A DNA stretch of 61,943 nucleotides, the filler included, from Basidioascus undulatus (taxonomy: Eukaryota), in NCBI GenBank assembly GCA_000826855.1. It is 8 parts of 8 records of this genome, joined end to end, with 100 filler letters (N's around TTAATTAATTAA, not from the genome) between each part and the next. Parts side by side here need not be neighbours in the genome. Positions count along the whole stretch, not along the records: positions 10,335 to 15,392 come from JTLS01002015.1; positions 15,493 to 20,548 come from JTLS01002016.1; positions 20,649 to 25,703 come from JTLS01002017.1; positions 25,804 to 30,856 come from JTLS01002018.1; 4 more parts are not named here. The stretch is one strand, 5' to 3'. The notes under the pieces were generated by a model that did not search any database, was not told the DNA's origin, and saw nothing but the letters and a program-made list of their open reading frames with translations. The position numbers were made by a program, and so were the translations under genes. Positions 13,895 through 25,910 of the stretch are shown piece by piece; position 1 is the stretch's first letter, and each line of letters begins with the position of its first letter.

Positions 13895-15392
13895 ATGGTA
13901 CAGTTTCTCTCCCCTCTCCCCCCGCAACCTCCGAGCGAGCTCACAACCCTCCCCACAGGTCCGGAACAGCACGACCGTCGCCTCCAAGCGCACCCTCCAG
14001 CCGAAGTTCAAGCACACCTCCTCGAAGCCCAAGAAGCGCCCCGACCCTCCCGCTGAACCCTCATCCTCCAAGCTCCCCCCGGCGAAGAAGCAGAAGCGCA
14101 CATCTACCGCGCGCCCTGCGACGAAGCAGAAGTCGAAGAAGCGGCAGCCTTCGCCGGAGGCTGAGGACGAGGAGGACGAGGAGGACGAGGAGGAAGAAGA
14201 GGAGGACGAGGAGGAAGAGCGGGAGGAGGAGACAAGTGAGGATGAGAAGGAGATGGTCAGGGAGACGACTAAGCGCGTGTCTTCAACGCGCATAGCAAAG
14301 TCCTGGCGGTCGCTGCCCACGTCTTCACGGCACTCGATCCGCTCGCTCCTGACCCTTATCGCATCGTGCGTCCCCTTCCGTCCCTCAAACACATCTCATC
14401 TCCCAATCCCTTCTTATTTCCCTTTTGACTACCAGCGATGTCCGTCCCTCCAAGCGCGGTAACCGCTACGCGGACGACCTCACCCTCGCACTGGGGAGCA
14501 TCGTGCGCCGCGCCGACGCGCGCATGGGCAAGGCGCGCGTACCCCCGCCGCCGAGCGGGCTGAGCGCGCGGCTCGAGGGCGGCTGGAGCTTTGAGCGGGA
14601 CGGCGAGGGCGGGCTGGACGCGAAGGTGGTGAGTCAGCGGGGGTCCGAAGGTGGACGGAGGGAGCGAGGGCGGTGGCTGAAAGGCGGTGGGGAGGAAAGA
14701 CGGAGGTCGAGGCTGCACTTAGGCCGGAGAAGGACGCGGTGCGGCAGCTTGAGGAGCAGCTCGAGAGGCAGAACGAGTGCGTTTCCCTCCCAGCTTTGTT
14801 CACTTCGTCCGCCCGTCGTCTTCTTAACATCCCTTCCTCGACGCTCAGGCTACTACAGCAAGACCGCGAGCGGCTGAAAGATTTCGAGCGCAAAAGCAAA
14901 CAGGTTGCACGGGCAGTGGAGAAAGACGAGAAGGCGAAGGTGCGTCTTCCGTCCTCGCGCCTGCGCCCGTCCCGTCTGAGTCCTTCCACTCGCCGCCAGC
15001 TGCACCCCCTCCTTCGCCGCCCCTCCTCCCCGCCGCCACTCAGCCCAGCCGAGCAGCGCATCCGTGAAGCCGCGTCCTCCTCCACGGCCACAACCTCCGC
15101 CTCCGCCCACTCTTTCCTCGACGACGAGGACGACTCGCACGGGCCGTTATACAACGTGCGTTTTTCTCCTCTTGCCCTCTGCCTTATTTTCACGCCTCAG
15201 AACAATAAAAAGTTAACCGAGGAAGAGATCCGTCGCGACAGCCCGATGACGACCCCGAGATGCGCGCCCTCCGCGCGGCGCTCGCCCCGCACCTGGCGAC
15301 CATCGCGGCCAACACGGACGTGTATGCAGACTTGCTGGCGCAGCTGAGGGGCGCGGGGAGGGCGGTGCGGGCGCTGGCGGATGCGGCGGGGG
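13895..15392 (+). CDS. Putative CENP-Q/Okp1/Fta7-like inner kinetochore protein; 3' partial
   Basis: K-rich then E-rich N-terminus, KSWRSLP, RRADARMGKARVPP, coiled coil EAALRPEKDAVRQLEEQLERQ..LLQQDRERLKDFERKSK..LHPLL, and DDPEMRALRAALAPHLATIAANT. This matches the layout I recall for fungal CENP-Q. Confidence 0.55.
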
Positions 15393-15492
15393 NNNNNNNN
15401 NNNNNNNNNNNNNNNNNNNNNNNNNNNNNNNNNNNNTTAATTAATTAANNNNNNNNNNNNNNNNNNNNNNNNNNNNNNNNNNNNNNNNNNNN
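15393..15492. other. Artificial contig spacer
   Basis: 44 N + TTAATTAATTAA + 44 N. Confidence 0.99.
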
Positions 15493-16281
15493 CCGCAGCC
15501 CCCGCCGCGTCCTTCAGCTCCGGTACACTACGCATGCTCGCGAGGCTGCTGGCTGTCGAGCTGCGCCCGCCGCGCCGACGGTCGGCCGCCTTCCCTCCGG
15601 AGTCCTCGCTGGCCGACACGCGCTGGCTGCGCACGCTCGGCGGCCCACTGCCCCCTGCGCTGTCGGCGTACTGGAACCCACCGTCGCCGTATGCCGACGG
15701 GATCTGGTCGAGCGTGAGGTTCCCCTCGCCCATGGCGGCCATTCCGGCGCGCGTCATCGTCGGGGTCCGCATCTCGTCCTCGGAGTCGGACGGCGCGAGG
15801 CCAGCGGGTGCGGCAGCGGAGGAGTTGGAGCGGGAGCGGGAACGAGAGCGTGCTCGGGAGGAGGAGGACTTGTTGAAGGCGAGGTTGTTCGAGGAGCCGC
15901 TGTTGGGCAAGGAAGGGGAGGTCTGTGACCGGCGGTTGATGGAATTGGCGTCGTCGGTGACCACCACTCGGGGAGGAAGCGTTGACGAGCGATTCGGGGT
16001 CTCTGCTCCGTACGCGTCCGGCTGCGTCTCACCAGCGTAGCCTGAACCCCCGCATGCCTCCCGGCTCAGCCTCAGCCTCCTCGATGCCCAGCAGACCGCA
16101 CGGAACGCTACTCACGCCGCATGATGGCATGCCTCCCCATGACCGGCAAGCTCCCGCCGTTCCCCTCGTCCTGTCCAACGGGCATAGCGTCGATATCGGC
16201 AGAGGCTGTGGCCGAGCGGCGTTGAGGGCTCTGAGTGGGCGTCTTCGGGCGGGACCCAAAGATCTGTAGCAACGAGGACAT
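15493..16281 (-). CDS. Uncharacterised protein, Ser/Arg-rich disordered N-terminus; 3' partial
   Basis: ATG at 16281 (MSSLLQIFGSRPKTP), a phase-consistent GTGAGT..CAG intron, then an open frame to the contig end (RARSRSRSRS). Confidence 0.65.
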
Positions 16282-16920
16282 ATGCTCAATGGCTCAGGCT
16301 GGGATGGACTCTGTTTGCTCCTTTGTGGAAGCTAATGCGAGCGGTATGAGGCCAAGCCGTAGAATTGGGTGCGGAGGTGATTGGAAGATTGAGGGCGAGA
16401 GGGGTGCAGCTGTGATACGGATGCGGGACTCAAGACTCGCGTGAGAGCGACTGAATCCGCGGCCGCTGGCGTCACGAGACGCCTCGCTGAGAATGGCCGC
16501 TAGTCGCGGCGACATCTTCTTCTCTGCGATCTTGTCATAAATACATTTTAAATACAGGAATTCAACCGCAGATTCGTTGAACAACGCTGAAGGACCTCGG
16601 TGCGGCAGCCAGCACGGCGATCGACCGACTCGGCGAGAATGCAGCTGCAGTGCCTTCCTGTCTGCAGCTTTGGGGGTTGCGCCCCCGAAGCTCGTCTGCG
16701 AGTCCAGACTCCAGATCACCCGTCCGCAAAAAGGCCAGCAAACAGCTTCACATATCGCAGTCAGAATAATTGCTGTTGAGAGCTGTGGTCATGAGTCATG
16801 TGCGAAGGTTTAAACAAAAGTATAGCCGAAGCGATCCATCCCACCGTGCCCCTCCTAATCATCCAGCGTCTATGACTGCCATACCACCGAGAGAAAGGAA
16901 ATGAATGGAGTGATGAATGT

Positions 16921-18735
16921 CTAATGCAGGATGCGAGTGAGGATGCTGTAGGGCAGGGAGAAGAATAACGGTCAGCGACGCTCGCACGGGAAGAGTGGGA
17001 GACGAAGGAGGGGTGGGACGCACTTGGTCTTGGTTTTGGAGATAAGTTCGAAGATCCGGGCAATGTCCTCCTCCGAGACGGAGGTGATGTCGGCGAGGAG
17101 GTACGCGATGTCGCCTCGCGAGTCGGAGAACTGCTTCTCGACGTTCTGTATCCACGCACCCACCACCCGTTAGCAAGTCTGCAGGCAAGGAATCCGAAGT
17201 GGAAGAGACGCACGTAGTCGGAGAGAATCTCGTTGACGCCGCGAAGCACACCGGGGACGTTCTGGTGGACGTGGCAGAGACGGATGGACTCGTCCTTCTG
17301 GGAGATCAAGCGGAGATCGACCTCGGGGAACTGGACGGCGCCGGTAGACGAGCCGTAGTTGAGGAAGCGGATGAGGGCGCTGGCGACCTCGATGCCGATC
17401 ATGCGCTGGGCCTCCTCGGTCGAGCCGCCGATGTGGGGCGTGAGGATAGTATTCCTGCACTTGCGAAGGCGGGAGCTCCACGCGTTGAGCTCGTCGCCGA
17501 ACGCGCCCTCGCCGTTCGCGCCCGGCTCGCGCGGGAAGACGTCGACGGCCGCGCCGGCGAGCTTGCCCGACTCGAGCGCGTCGACGAGCGAGGGGATGTC
17601 GACGACCGTGCCGCGCGCGTTGTTGATCAGGTAGCTGCCTTGCTTCATCGCCGCGAACTGCGGCGCGGAGAACATGTTCTTGGTCTCCTCGAGCTCGGGC
17701 ACGTGGAGCGTAACAAAGTCCGCCTGCGCGAGGACGTCCTCGAGCGTGTCGACCTGGCGTGCGGACCCAAGCGGCATGATCGGGATCACGTCGTAGTAGA
17801 CGACGGTGAGGCCCATCGCCTCCGCGAGGACGGAGAGCTGGGAGCCGATGTGCCCGTACCCGACGATGCCGAGCGTCTTGCCACGCACCTCCCAGCACCC
17901 CTTTGACACCTTGTTCCAGGTCCCCGCGCGCATCTCGCTCCCGCGGTCGATCAGCTGCCGGGAGAGCGCGATGATCTCGGAGATGACGAGCTCCGCGACC
18001 GATCGAGAGTTCGCGTACGGCGAGTTGAAGACGCAGATGCCCGCTGCCGCTGCCGCGGGGAGGTCGACCTGGTTCGTGCCGATGCAAAAGCAGCCGATAA
18101 CGAGGAGCTGGTGCAAAAATGGGCGGGTGAGATGGGATGATGGGTTTGAAAAAGTCAAAGAAGACGCACCTTGGACGCGGCCTTGATCACCTTGGCGGTG
18201 ATCTTGGTCTTGCTCCGAATGCCGATAGCGTGGTACTCCCCAATCTTCTCAAGAAGCTCATCCTATATATCCACAGATCGCATCAGCCACCGCCGTGCAC
18301 TCCCCGCCCCAGAAAGCCCAGTCACTCACCTCAGTCCACGCCTTGGTGTAGAAGTCGACATGGAAGCCCTGCTCCTTGAGCTGGTTCACGGCGCCCTGAG
18401 AAATGTTCTCGAGGACGAGGATGCGGATCTGCTCCTCCTGGAACGGCTGGAGGACCTTGGGCGCTGCGGCGAGGAGGCGGTTGCGGTTGAGGGTGGAGGA
18501 TATGGGCGACGTTCCGGGGAAGAAGGACTGGTTGGGAGGGGAGGCGACGGGCGGGGATGTGGAGAGGGTGGCGGAGGTGGAGAGATGGGGCTGGAAGGGG
18601 GAAGGGGCCCTTGAGCATCAGTCCTGCACTCTCCCTCAGAAGCTGTGCACTCACGATGTTGATTCCAGCGGGGAGTTCAGAGGCCTGCACGCTGCCACTG
18701 GACGCGCGAGCACGGGTAGGGATCGGTTGAGCCAT
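16921..18735 (-). CDS. SER3: D-3-phosphoglycerate dehydrogenase
   Basis: IRILVLENIS, IGIRSKTKIT, IGCFCIGTNQVDL, NSPYANSRSVAELVI, RGKTLGIVGYGHIGSQLS, NNARGTVVDI, LTPHIGGSTEEAQ and an ACT-like HQNVPGVLR..KQFSDSRGDIAYL. Confidence 0.96.
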
Positions 18736-19399
18736 TGCGATTGGACGAAGACCCAAGCCGGGGAATGGAAGAAAGTGAATGTAAGGTGGGAGGGGGAGAG
18801 GGTGGTGGGGGGAAGGGGGAGATGGGAGATGGGAGTTGAGGGTAAAGTGTGAAGGGAGAAGACCGCCTCGGCGTGAAGGAACGTCAGCGGCCTAGTCAGG
18901 GCCAGGCGCGAATCTGCCACTTTTTTGACTCCAATTCACGGTCGTTCTCCCCCGAGCACGCCATTCTTGCCAACCTCTAGCCCGAAAACACAGCGGAAAT
19001 GTCCGATCGGACTGCTGCTCCGACTGCTCCGAGGAGATAAAGCTCAGAACCGAGGGGCTTCCGTGGACTATGCCGGCGGGAGGTACATTTTGGTACATTC
19101 CGCCGGTAGGGGCAACAGCAATGCGCAGTTTATTCTTCGCAGTACTCCCAAGGGCTACGCAAATTGGCCGGTCCTAAAGCCGTGTACATACATTATGAGT
19201 GTTGGAGGCATTGTTAAGATGACCGACAAACCACGGTCTGATGCCGGCGGGAGGAGCCCCCGAGAGAGTCCGTTTGCATGCAATGAGTCACGGACCACAT
19301 GCACGCGCACGCAGCAAAATTACGGCTTGATTTTCAAGAAAGCAATTAATCATTCGAAAACTACACAAACTAGAGCCGCAGAAAGTATTGAATATGGTC

Positions 19400-20548
19400 T
19401 TACAAGCAACCAGCTTAGCAACCAGCTTAGCCACCTTACTTCCCACCCTCCCGGGCCCTGCTCTGCTTGTCTTCTGGACCTCCCCGTTCACAGCCTGCAC
19501 CAACTTGTGCTTCGCATCCCATCTATGTACCTTGGCCTTCTTTGCCCCCCCATCTAGTATGAACTTCATGGGCTGGACCCTGGGGATCTTGCTGGCCTTC
19601 CTGATGGGAGCCTTGCTGTAGTCCAGGTCAGGGGGCAAGACTGCTTTGCACTTCTTGTCCAGAGGCAGGGTGGAGGGTGACTGTTGGACCACCTTTGACT
19701 TAGATGATTGAGAGAAGGTATCGACTGCCACTGTCCTAGATTTAGCTGCAAATAATGGAAAACAGCTGCTTGGAATACCAGGGAGGGGCAACCCTGTCTT
19801 GTGGTGGTAGTCATTGATCTTGTCCTTGTAATTGACAAGATGCTCCTCATACATCCAGGTGCATTAAAAGTTTCAAATGAATTGCAGAAGGGTATAGACA
19901 CCTCTAACATGTCAGTATGCAAGCAAATGAGTGAGGGGCACAGAAGGGATAGACACCTGCCTTCCAGGCCACTTGATAGTGGACCCCACCACCCTCAACC
20001 TTATGTTCAACAATTTTATCTACTTCCATCTTCTTTTGGCCATGGAATGTTGGATGAACTGCAGGAGGATGTGGATAATGACCTAAGCTGAGATGCAGAA
20101 GACATGGTTGTGCCAGATAGTGATAGAGTTGGCGAGCCTAATATGGGTAGTAGTAGATGACAATAGCCAAAGGGCTTGCCCTGCCAGATGATGGAAGTGG
20201 GAAGTCAAGAGAAGAGAGGGGAGAGCCCCCTTTGTATAGCCTGGGGGTGCTGACACATGGCAGACATGGTTTGATGCCTTCACTGCTGGGATCTTGTCCT
20301 GGCTTCCCAGCAGGCACAGGTGAAGGCCTTCTGGTAGGCATGTGAAGATGCATTGCAAGCATGCCAGCTGGCATGCAAGTTCATGTCATGCTGCTATTTG
20401 TGCAGGAATCTGCACATGTTGTGATTACATTGTTCTGGATTCTGCACACACTGCTGTTGTGCAGGAACCATCCCAGTGTCATGAATACCCCACCCAGTCC
20501 AACCCCTGACAACTGTCACCCTTGTCACCTCCCCTGTCACATTCCCGC
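19400..20548. mobile_element. CpG-depleted degenerate repeat/transposon relic (family unassigned)
   Basis: Only 2 CG dinucleotides counted between 19515 and 20544, with abundant CA/TG and broken ORFs on the minus strand. Neighbouring genes are CG-rich. Confidence 0.7.
19430..20043 (-). pseudogene. Decayed chromodomain-containing gene
   Basis: EVDKIVEHKVEGGGVHYQVAWK, then after an intron-like gap CTWMYEEHLVNYKDKINDYH, then a Lys-rich tail. There is a frameshift after MAKRRW and in-frame TGA/TAA codons just before CTW. Confidence 0.6.
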
Positions 20549-20648
20549 NNNNNNNNNNNNNNNNNNNNNNNNNNNNNNNNNNNNNNNNNNNNTTAATTAA
20601 TTAANNNNNNNNNNNNNNNNNNNNNNNNNNNNNNNNNNNNNNNNNNNN
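20549..20648. other. Artificial contig spacer
   Basis: 44 N + TTAATTAATTAA + 44 N. Confidence 0.99.
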
Positions 20649-22833
20649 TCGGCGGGCTCGAGGGCACCGTGCTCAGGAACGCGACGATCGTCGCGCCTGG
20701 CGAGGGCGGCGAGGAGCAGCGGGAGAACTGGGAGAAGAGCGGCATGGTCAACTTGGCTGGTGTGGCGATGCAGGTGCGTTGCTGCCGTGATCCGCTTGGT
20801 GGTTAAGGGTACATGACGCTGACACGCGCTGCGCTGTACAGACTGCGCCTATCGTGCGCGTCGCTCTCGAGCCGCGGAATCCTGGTACGCTGCTCGCACT
20901 TTCGCTTGCGCACTACATTCGAAATCGCTTATTGAGATTCTATTTTGCAGCCGACATGTCTAAGCTCGTGGAGGGCCTGCGACTCCTGAACCAAGCCGAC
21001 TCCTGCGTCGAAGTTCTCGTCCAGGAGACGGGCGAGCACGTCATCCTCACCGCAGGCGAGCTGCATCTCGAGGTGCGTTCCGTGGCGACTGAACGCGAAA
21101 ATGTAGATCGCGGAGAGCTCACGCACCTCTCACAAACAGCGCTGCTTGAAGGACCTTCGGGAGCGTTTCGCGAAGTGCGACATTCAGGCGTCAAAGCCGA
21201 TCGTGCCTTTCCGCGAGACTGCCGTTCGTACTCCCGGTTCGTGTCCCATTTCTTATGACCCCAGGCATCCCCCCTGACATGTAATGATCCTGCGTTGCAG
21301 ACATGGCCCCGACTAAGACGAAGGACGCGCCGCGCGGGACGATCCACGGGACCTCCTCCGGCGGCGCCGTATCCTTCACCGTCCGCGCCGTCCCGCTCGC
21401 GCAGGCCATCACCGACCTCCTGCTGCAAAGCCGGGAGACGCTGCAGCAGATGCATGCAATGGTTGACCGCCGCCGGCTCGAGGATCCGCCCACCTTGGAG
21501 GCGACGGGCATCTCGATCGAGGCGCGCGCGCTTGCGCCCGAGGCGTTCTGGGCAAAGCTCGAGGAGCTGCTGGGCAAGGCCGGTCCGGATTGGAGGGGGC
21601 TCGCGGACTCGATCTGGGCGTTCGGACCGAAGCGCACTGGCGCGAACTTACTCGTCGACCGACGCCCAGGCTCGACGCACTCGTCAGTCGTGTTTCTGTT
21701 TCTGCTCCATGACTACTGTTGCTCACGCTGACCCTTCCTCGTCGATTCTGCAATGCAGTCTGCGGAAACGTGTCGCCAACAGCGCCTCCCTTCATGCCAG
21801 CCGCGCAGTGTCCGGCCTGGCCACACCCGCAGCAGGCGGCGCTGCCGAGCCGCTGCCCGACGACATCGCCGTCGCCGTCGAGTCGAAGGAGGCCGAGCTC
21901 GCGACGCACGTCGTCCCCTCGCATGCCTTTGAGGAGAGCATCGAGACGGGCTACCAGATCGCGACGTGGCAGGGCCCGCTGTGCGCAGAGCCCGTCGTCG
22001 GCATGGCGTACTTTGTCGAGAAGATCGAGGCTGCCGAGGGCGAGATCGACCATTGTGCGTGTATAACCTTTATACCCTGCCCTCTCCTCCTAACTTTCCT
22101 GACTTGCTCTGCGGTGTAACAGCCAAGGTGCCGCAGATCACCGGCTCGCTCATCTCGGCCTCGCGCGACGCCTTCCGGCAAGGTCTCCTCGACTGGTCCC
22201 CGCGTTTGTTGATGGCAATGTACAGCTGCGACATCCAAGCGTCGAGTGCGTCACTTCTCTTGCTCGCGCTTCGACGTCCATCGGACAGGCATGACTGACG
22301 CACCCACTATCTGGCAGCCGACGTCCTGGGCAAGGTGTACGCTGTTGTTTCCCGGCGACGAGGCCGTATTGTCGCAGAGGAGATGAAGGAGGGCACCGCT
22401 TTCTTCACCGTCCGATCGCTGCTTCCCGTCGTCGAGTCGTTCGGATTCGCAGATGGTGCGTCTTCCCTCCCGGCCTTTCGAGGTTGACCAGCGCATCCGC
22501 TAACGTGGCTCGGGCACTGCAGAAATCCGGAAGCGCACGTCAGGCGCTGCAAGCCCGCAGCTCATTTTCTCCGGGTGCGTGCCCTTCCGCTTCTTCCGTC
22601 CGACCTATTCCCCAGCGCTGCTGCTGACTGTTGCGTGAACCAGGTACGAACTGTTCGACCAAGATCCATTCTGGGTGCCGACGACGGAAGAGGAGCTCGA
22701 GGACCTCGGCGAGAAGGCCGAGCGCGAGAACGTCGCGCGGCGGTACATGGACGGCGTGCGCGCTCGCAAGGGCATGTTTGTCGAGAAGAAGATTGTCGAG
22801 AACGCGGAGAAGCAGCGGACGCTCAAGCGATGA
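20649..22833 (+). CDS. EFL1: Elongation factor-like GTPase 1 (ribosome assembly protein Ria1/EFL1); 5' partial
   Basis: [107 protein letters not shown] and [14 protein letters not shown]. Confidence 0.96.
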
Positions 22834-22995
22834 GCGGCGGATCTGTCTCAATGCATCCTGTCGCCGCTGTATGCTGCGTATTCAGCGTCTGCTTGCAGGC
22901 GTGAATACTCGTGTATGCATGCAGTCCGGTAGTACAAGGGTATAGGGGAAGGCGATTAAGAGAAACGAAGCAAAGCAAATCTAATAAGAGTGCGT

Positions 22996-25703
22996 TCAAC
23001 CGCGGCCGACGAACTGGTACAACAGCGTGCGCACGAGCCCGGACAGCATCTCCGGCTCGTGCGCGTCTAGAGGAAGCCAAGGCGGTCAGCAATAATGATT
23101 TTCATCGGAAAAGGATGAGACGCGCACATGTCTGCATGACTGACGCCAGGCCGAGCGTGACCAGCAGCTGGTCGCCGGCAGGGACGTGCGGCAGCCAGCG
23201 ACGCTGACGGCCGATATTCCATGCACTGTGAAGTATGCTGAGTACTAGGACAGTGAGTGAGCGAATATCAGAGGAGCGAACCTTTCCATTGCCTGTGGGA
23301 GAGACAGTCAGCGACGCCGCTGCTGTAAGCTCGACGAGGCGCTCCACGCACCTTCGGCAACACATAAAGCGCCAGCTCCGCTCTCCTTTTCTTCTCCTCC
23401 ACGAACAAGCTCGCGCACTGCCCTCACACGCGCGCCTCATCAGTCCTTCTCCTTACCTCCGACGTACCTCGACCCACGCAACGAAAGACTCACCGTCGAG
23501 AACCCAAGGATCCACAAGCTCTGTTTGCTGATGAGGAAGCGCGCGAGCCACAGCGGTATGCGCGTGCTGTAGCGCTCGTACACGGCGTGCTTGAGCGAGA
23601 AGAGGGACTGGAAGATGATGACGAAGACGCCGAGAAAGGCGGACGAGCGGAAGGTGCCGACTATGGACTTGAAGATTGCGAGGGCGGGGCTGGGGAGACG
23701 GGATATGGGGTCAGATAGGGAAGGGATGGGGAGGAGTAGGGTGGAGTGGCGCACTCTTTCGTGAAGGCTCTTCGGCGCAGGATGAATGCCGGTACCTGCC
23801 CCACGAAAAGCGTCAGCTACAGGAGGACTGTGAAAGCTTCGCGAAACGTACGAAATGCAAGGCGGCATAGACCTGTATTTGGAGTCAGCGTTGTTAAGAC
23901 AAAGAGAAGAACTATTATGGCTCACTGGCAACATCCACTTCGACACCACATAGAACCGCTCGATCGCAGCCGGCTGTCTCACGCAACTCGTTCAGCTCTT
24001 CTCCATCCAGGGACCAAGCCTCCGAGAAACGGACCAGTATCCCATCGATCCACGGATGAGTAACAGCCGTCGGGGCGAACGGCATCCCAAAGTCGCCCTT
24101 CATCGCGCCCGCTATCCGGCGCTCGAGCTCGCGCCTGTGCGCGGGCGTGGCGACCTGTGCGTTGAGACTGCATCAGCGCTTTGACAGTCATGGGGTGGGA
24201 TTGACGATGGACGCACGCCCCGATCTACGATTCTTTGGAGCGATGCGGCGTCGAACTTCCCTGTGCGGAGGAGGGAGCGGTGCATCGGCACCGCGGGAGG
24301 GTATACTTTCGAGGCGTCCAGGATCCTGCGTGTAGCGGGGCGTCAGTTGCGCGGGAGCTGGAAGGAATGTGGGGTGAAGGGATGCGCACCAGTTGGAATA
24401 TGCTTTGGGGATGGTATCGGGCCGCTGTGTATCCAGAGCGAAGTGAGCGGCTGCCCTCGAGGTATTGGGGAGAGGGAAGGCGGAAGACGAAAGCTGCGCA
24501 GCGTGCGGAGGCTCACCATGATCCACGCGTACATGATTTGGCCACAGCTGAAAGGTGACTTGCGTCAGCCGAGGATTAAGGGACCGAGGGGCGGAAACGT
24601 ACGCCAGTCCGAACAAGAGAACCTCTCCATGCGGGATATGGATCCAATTGCGAGCCTTGCCAGACCGATACAGGCCTTGCAACCCACTGTCCTCACCTCC
24701 CTCCAGTAAGCCTCCATCCTCTCCTCCCCCTCCTCGTAAACAACACCACGCACCGGATCGTCAGCTGCTGCCCCAGCGCAAGACGCCTGTCCCTTCGCTC
24801 GACGAGCGCCCCCGCGGAGGACACCGCGCCCGCAAGCGCAGAGTGCCAGCGCTTGTGCCCGCCCTCCGAGCTGGGGTCGAGCATCCGCAGAGCGTGGTGC
24901 GTGAACTTCCAGAGCCATGCGAAGCTGGGTTGGCGATCGACGGGGTCAAGCATGATGGGTGATGAATGAGGCAGGGTGGAGGGGGCGGGGGCTCACATCC
25001 CGAACTGAAGCCCGAAGCGCCAGGTGTCGGGCCCGAAGATGGCATGTCGCAGAGAGGCGAGGTGGAGCTTTCTGTGGAGGGTGGAGAAGCGGGTTAATGG
25101 GCGGGAGAGTGGGAAGAATGGACAGGGTCGTACTTTCGTCGCGACATGGCCAGCACCGCCAACACGAAGTTGATGCCCGCTCGTATCGTGTACGAAAGCA
25201 GGAATGCGCCTGCAAAAGAAAGTCAGAGCCACAGCTGAGAAGAGCCTGGGAATACCCCTTACGAGTTCCTCCTCGCGTAGCATGCACAAGCAACCGTTCC
25301 CAATCCTGCGGCTTGCGGCCCTGTCGATCCCCCACACTTCAGCAGCCCGCCGCTTCGCCAGTCTATTCTCTCGCCAGTCTCTCTCACACGAGACAGAAAC
25401 GCACCTTCTCGTTCTTCGGCCTCCACACCTTACTCAGCACCTCCCTCTGCAGCACCTCCCTCCTGTCTCTCTCCTGCGCGAGCAGCCTGAGATTATCAAA
25501 GCTCGCCATGCTGAGCGTCCGCCTTAGCTCGCCGACCTGCTGCGAGAACGTGGGCGTGGTCGGCTCGGTGCGGACGTCGTCGTCCCCGTCGTCATCGGGC
25601 ATGTCGAAGCGCGTGAACTTGGGCAGCTTGGGGAGCTGCTGCCCGCGCGCGGTGCGCGGGGGCGCGCCGGACGTCGCATCGCGCCGGATGGGGAGCAGGG
25701 GCC
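22996..25703 (-). CDS. TMEM135-like (PMP52/Tim17-superfamily) membrane protein; 5' partial
   Basis: WRFGLQFG, KRWHSALAGAV, LALGQQLTIRGLQG, IPHGEVLLFGLA|CGQIMYAWIM|RPDTIPKAYSNW, RSSAFLGVFVIIFQ, VEEKRRRAELAFYVLPK and EPEMLSGLVRTLLYQF. Confidence 0.8.
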
Positions 25704-25803
25704 NNNNNNNNNNNNNNNNNNNNNNNNNNNNNNNNNNNNNNNNNNNNTTAATTAATTAANNNNNNNNNNNNNNNNNNNNNNNNNNNNNNNNNNNNNNNNN
25801 NNN
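25704..25803. other. Artificial contig spacer
   Basis: 44 N + TTAATTAATTAA + 44 N. Confidence 0.99.
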
Positions 25804-25910
25804 TAACGTCGCACAAATTCGATCAGTCCTCTCGTGTAAACACTTGAAGGCCAACCATGAGTTCAGCTAACGATCGAACCCGGGCACTTCTGCTCATGTC
25901 GGTGTAAGTC

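Noticed and set aside
14160..14255. GAG/GAC-rich repeat
   Set aside because: It encodes the acidic E/D tract of the CENP-Q-like protein; ordinary coding low complexity.
16791..16799. Perfect ATGAGTCAT site
   Set aside because: It lies 3' of SER3 and about 500 nt upstream of an uncharacterised gene. A single site with no supporting context.
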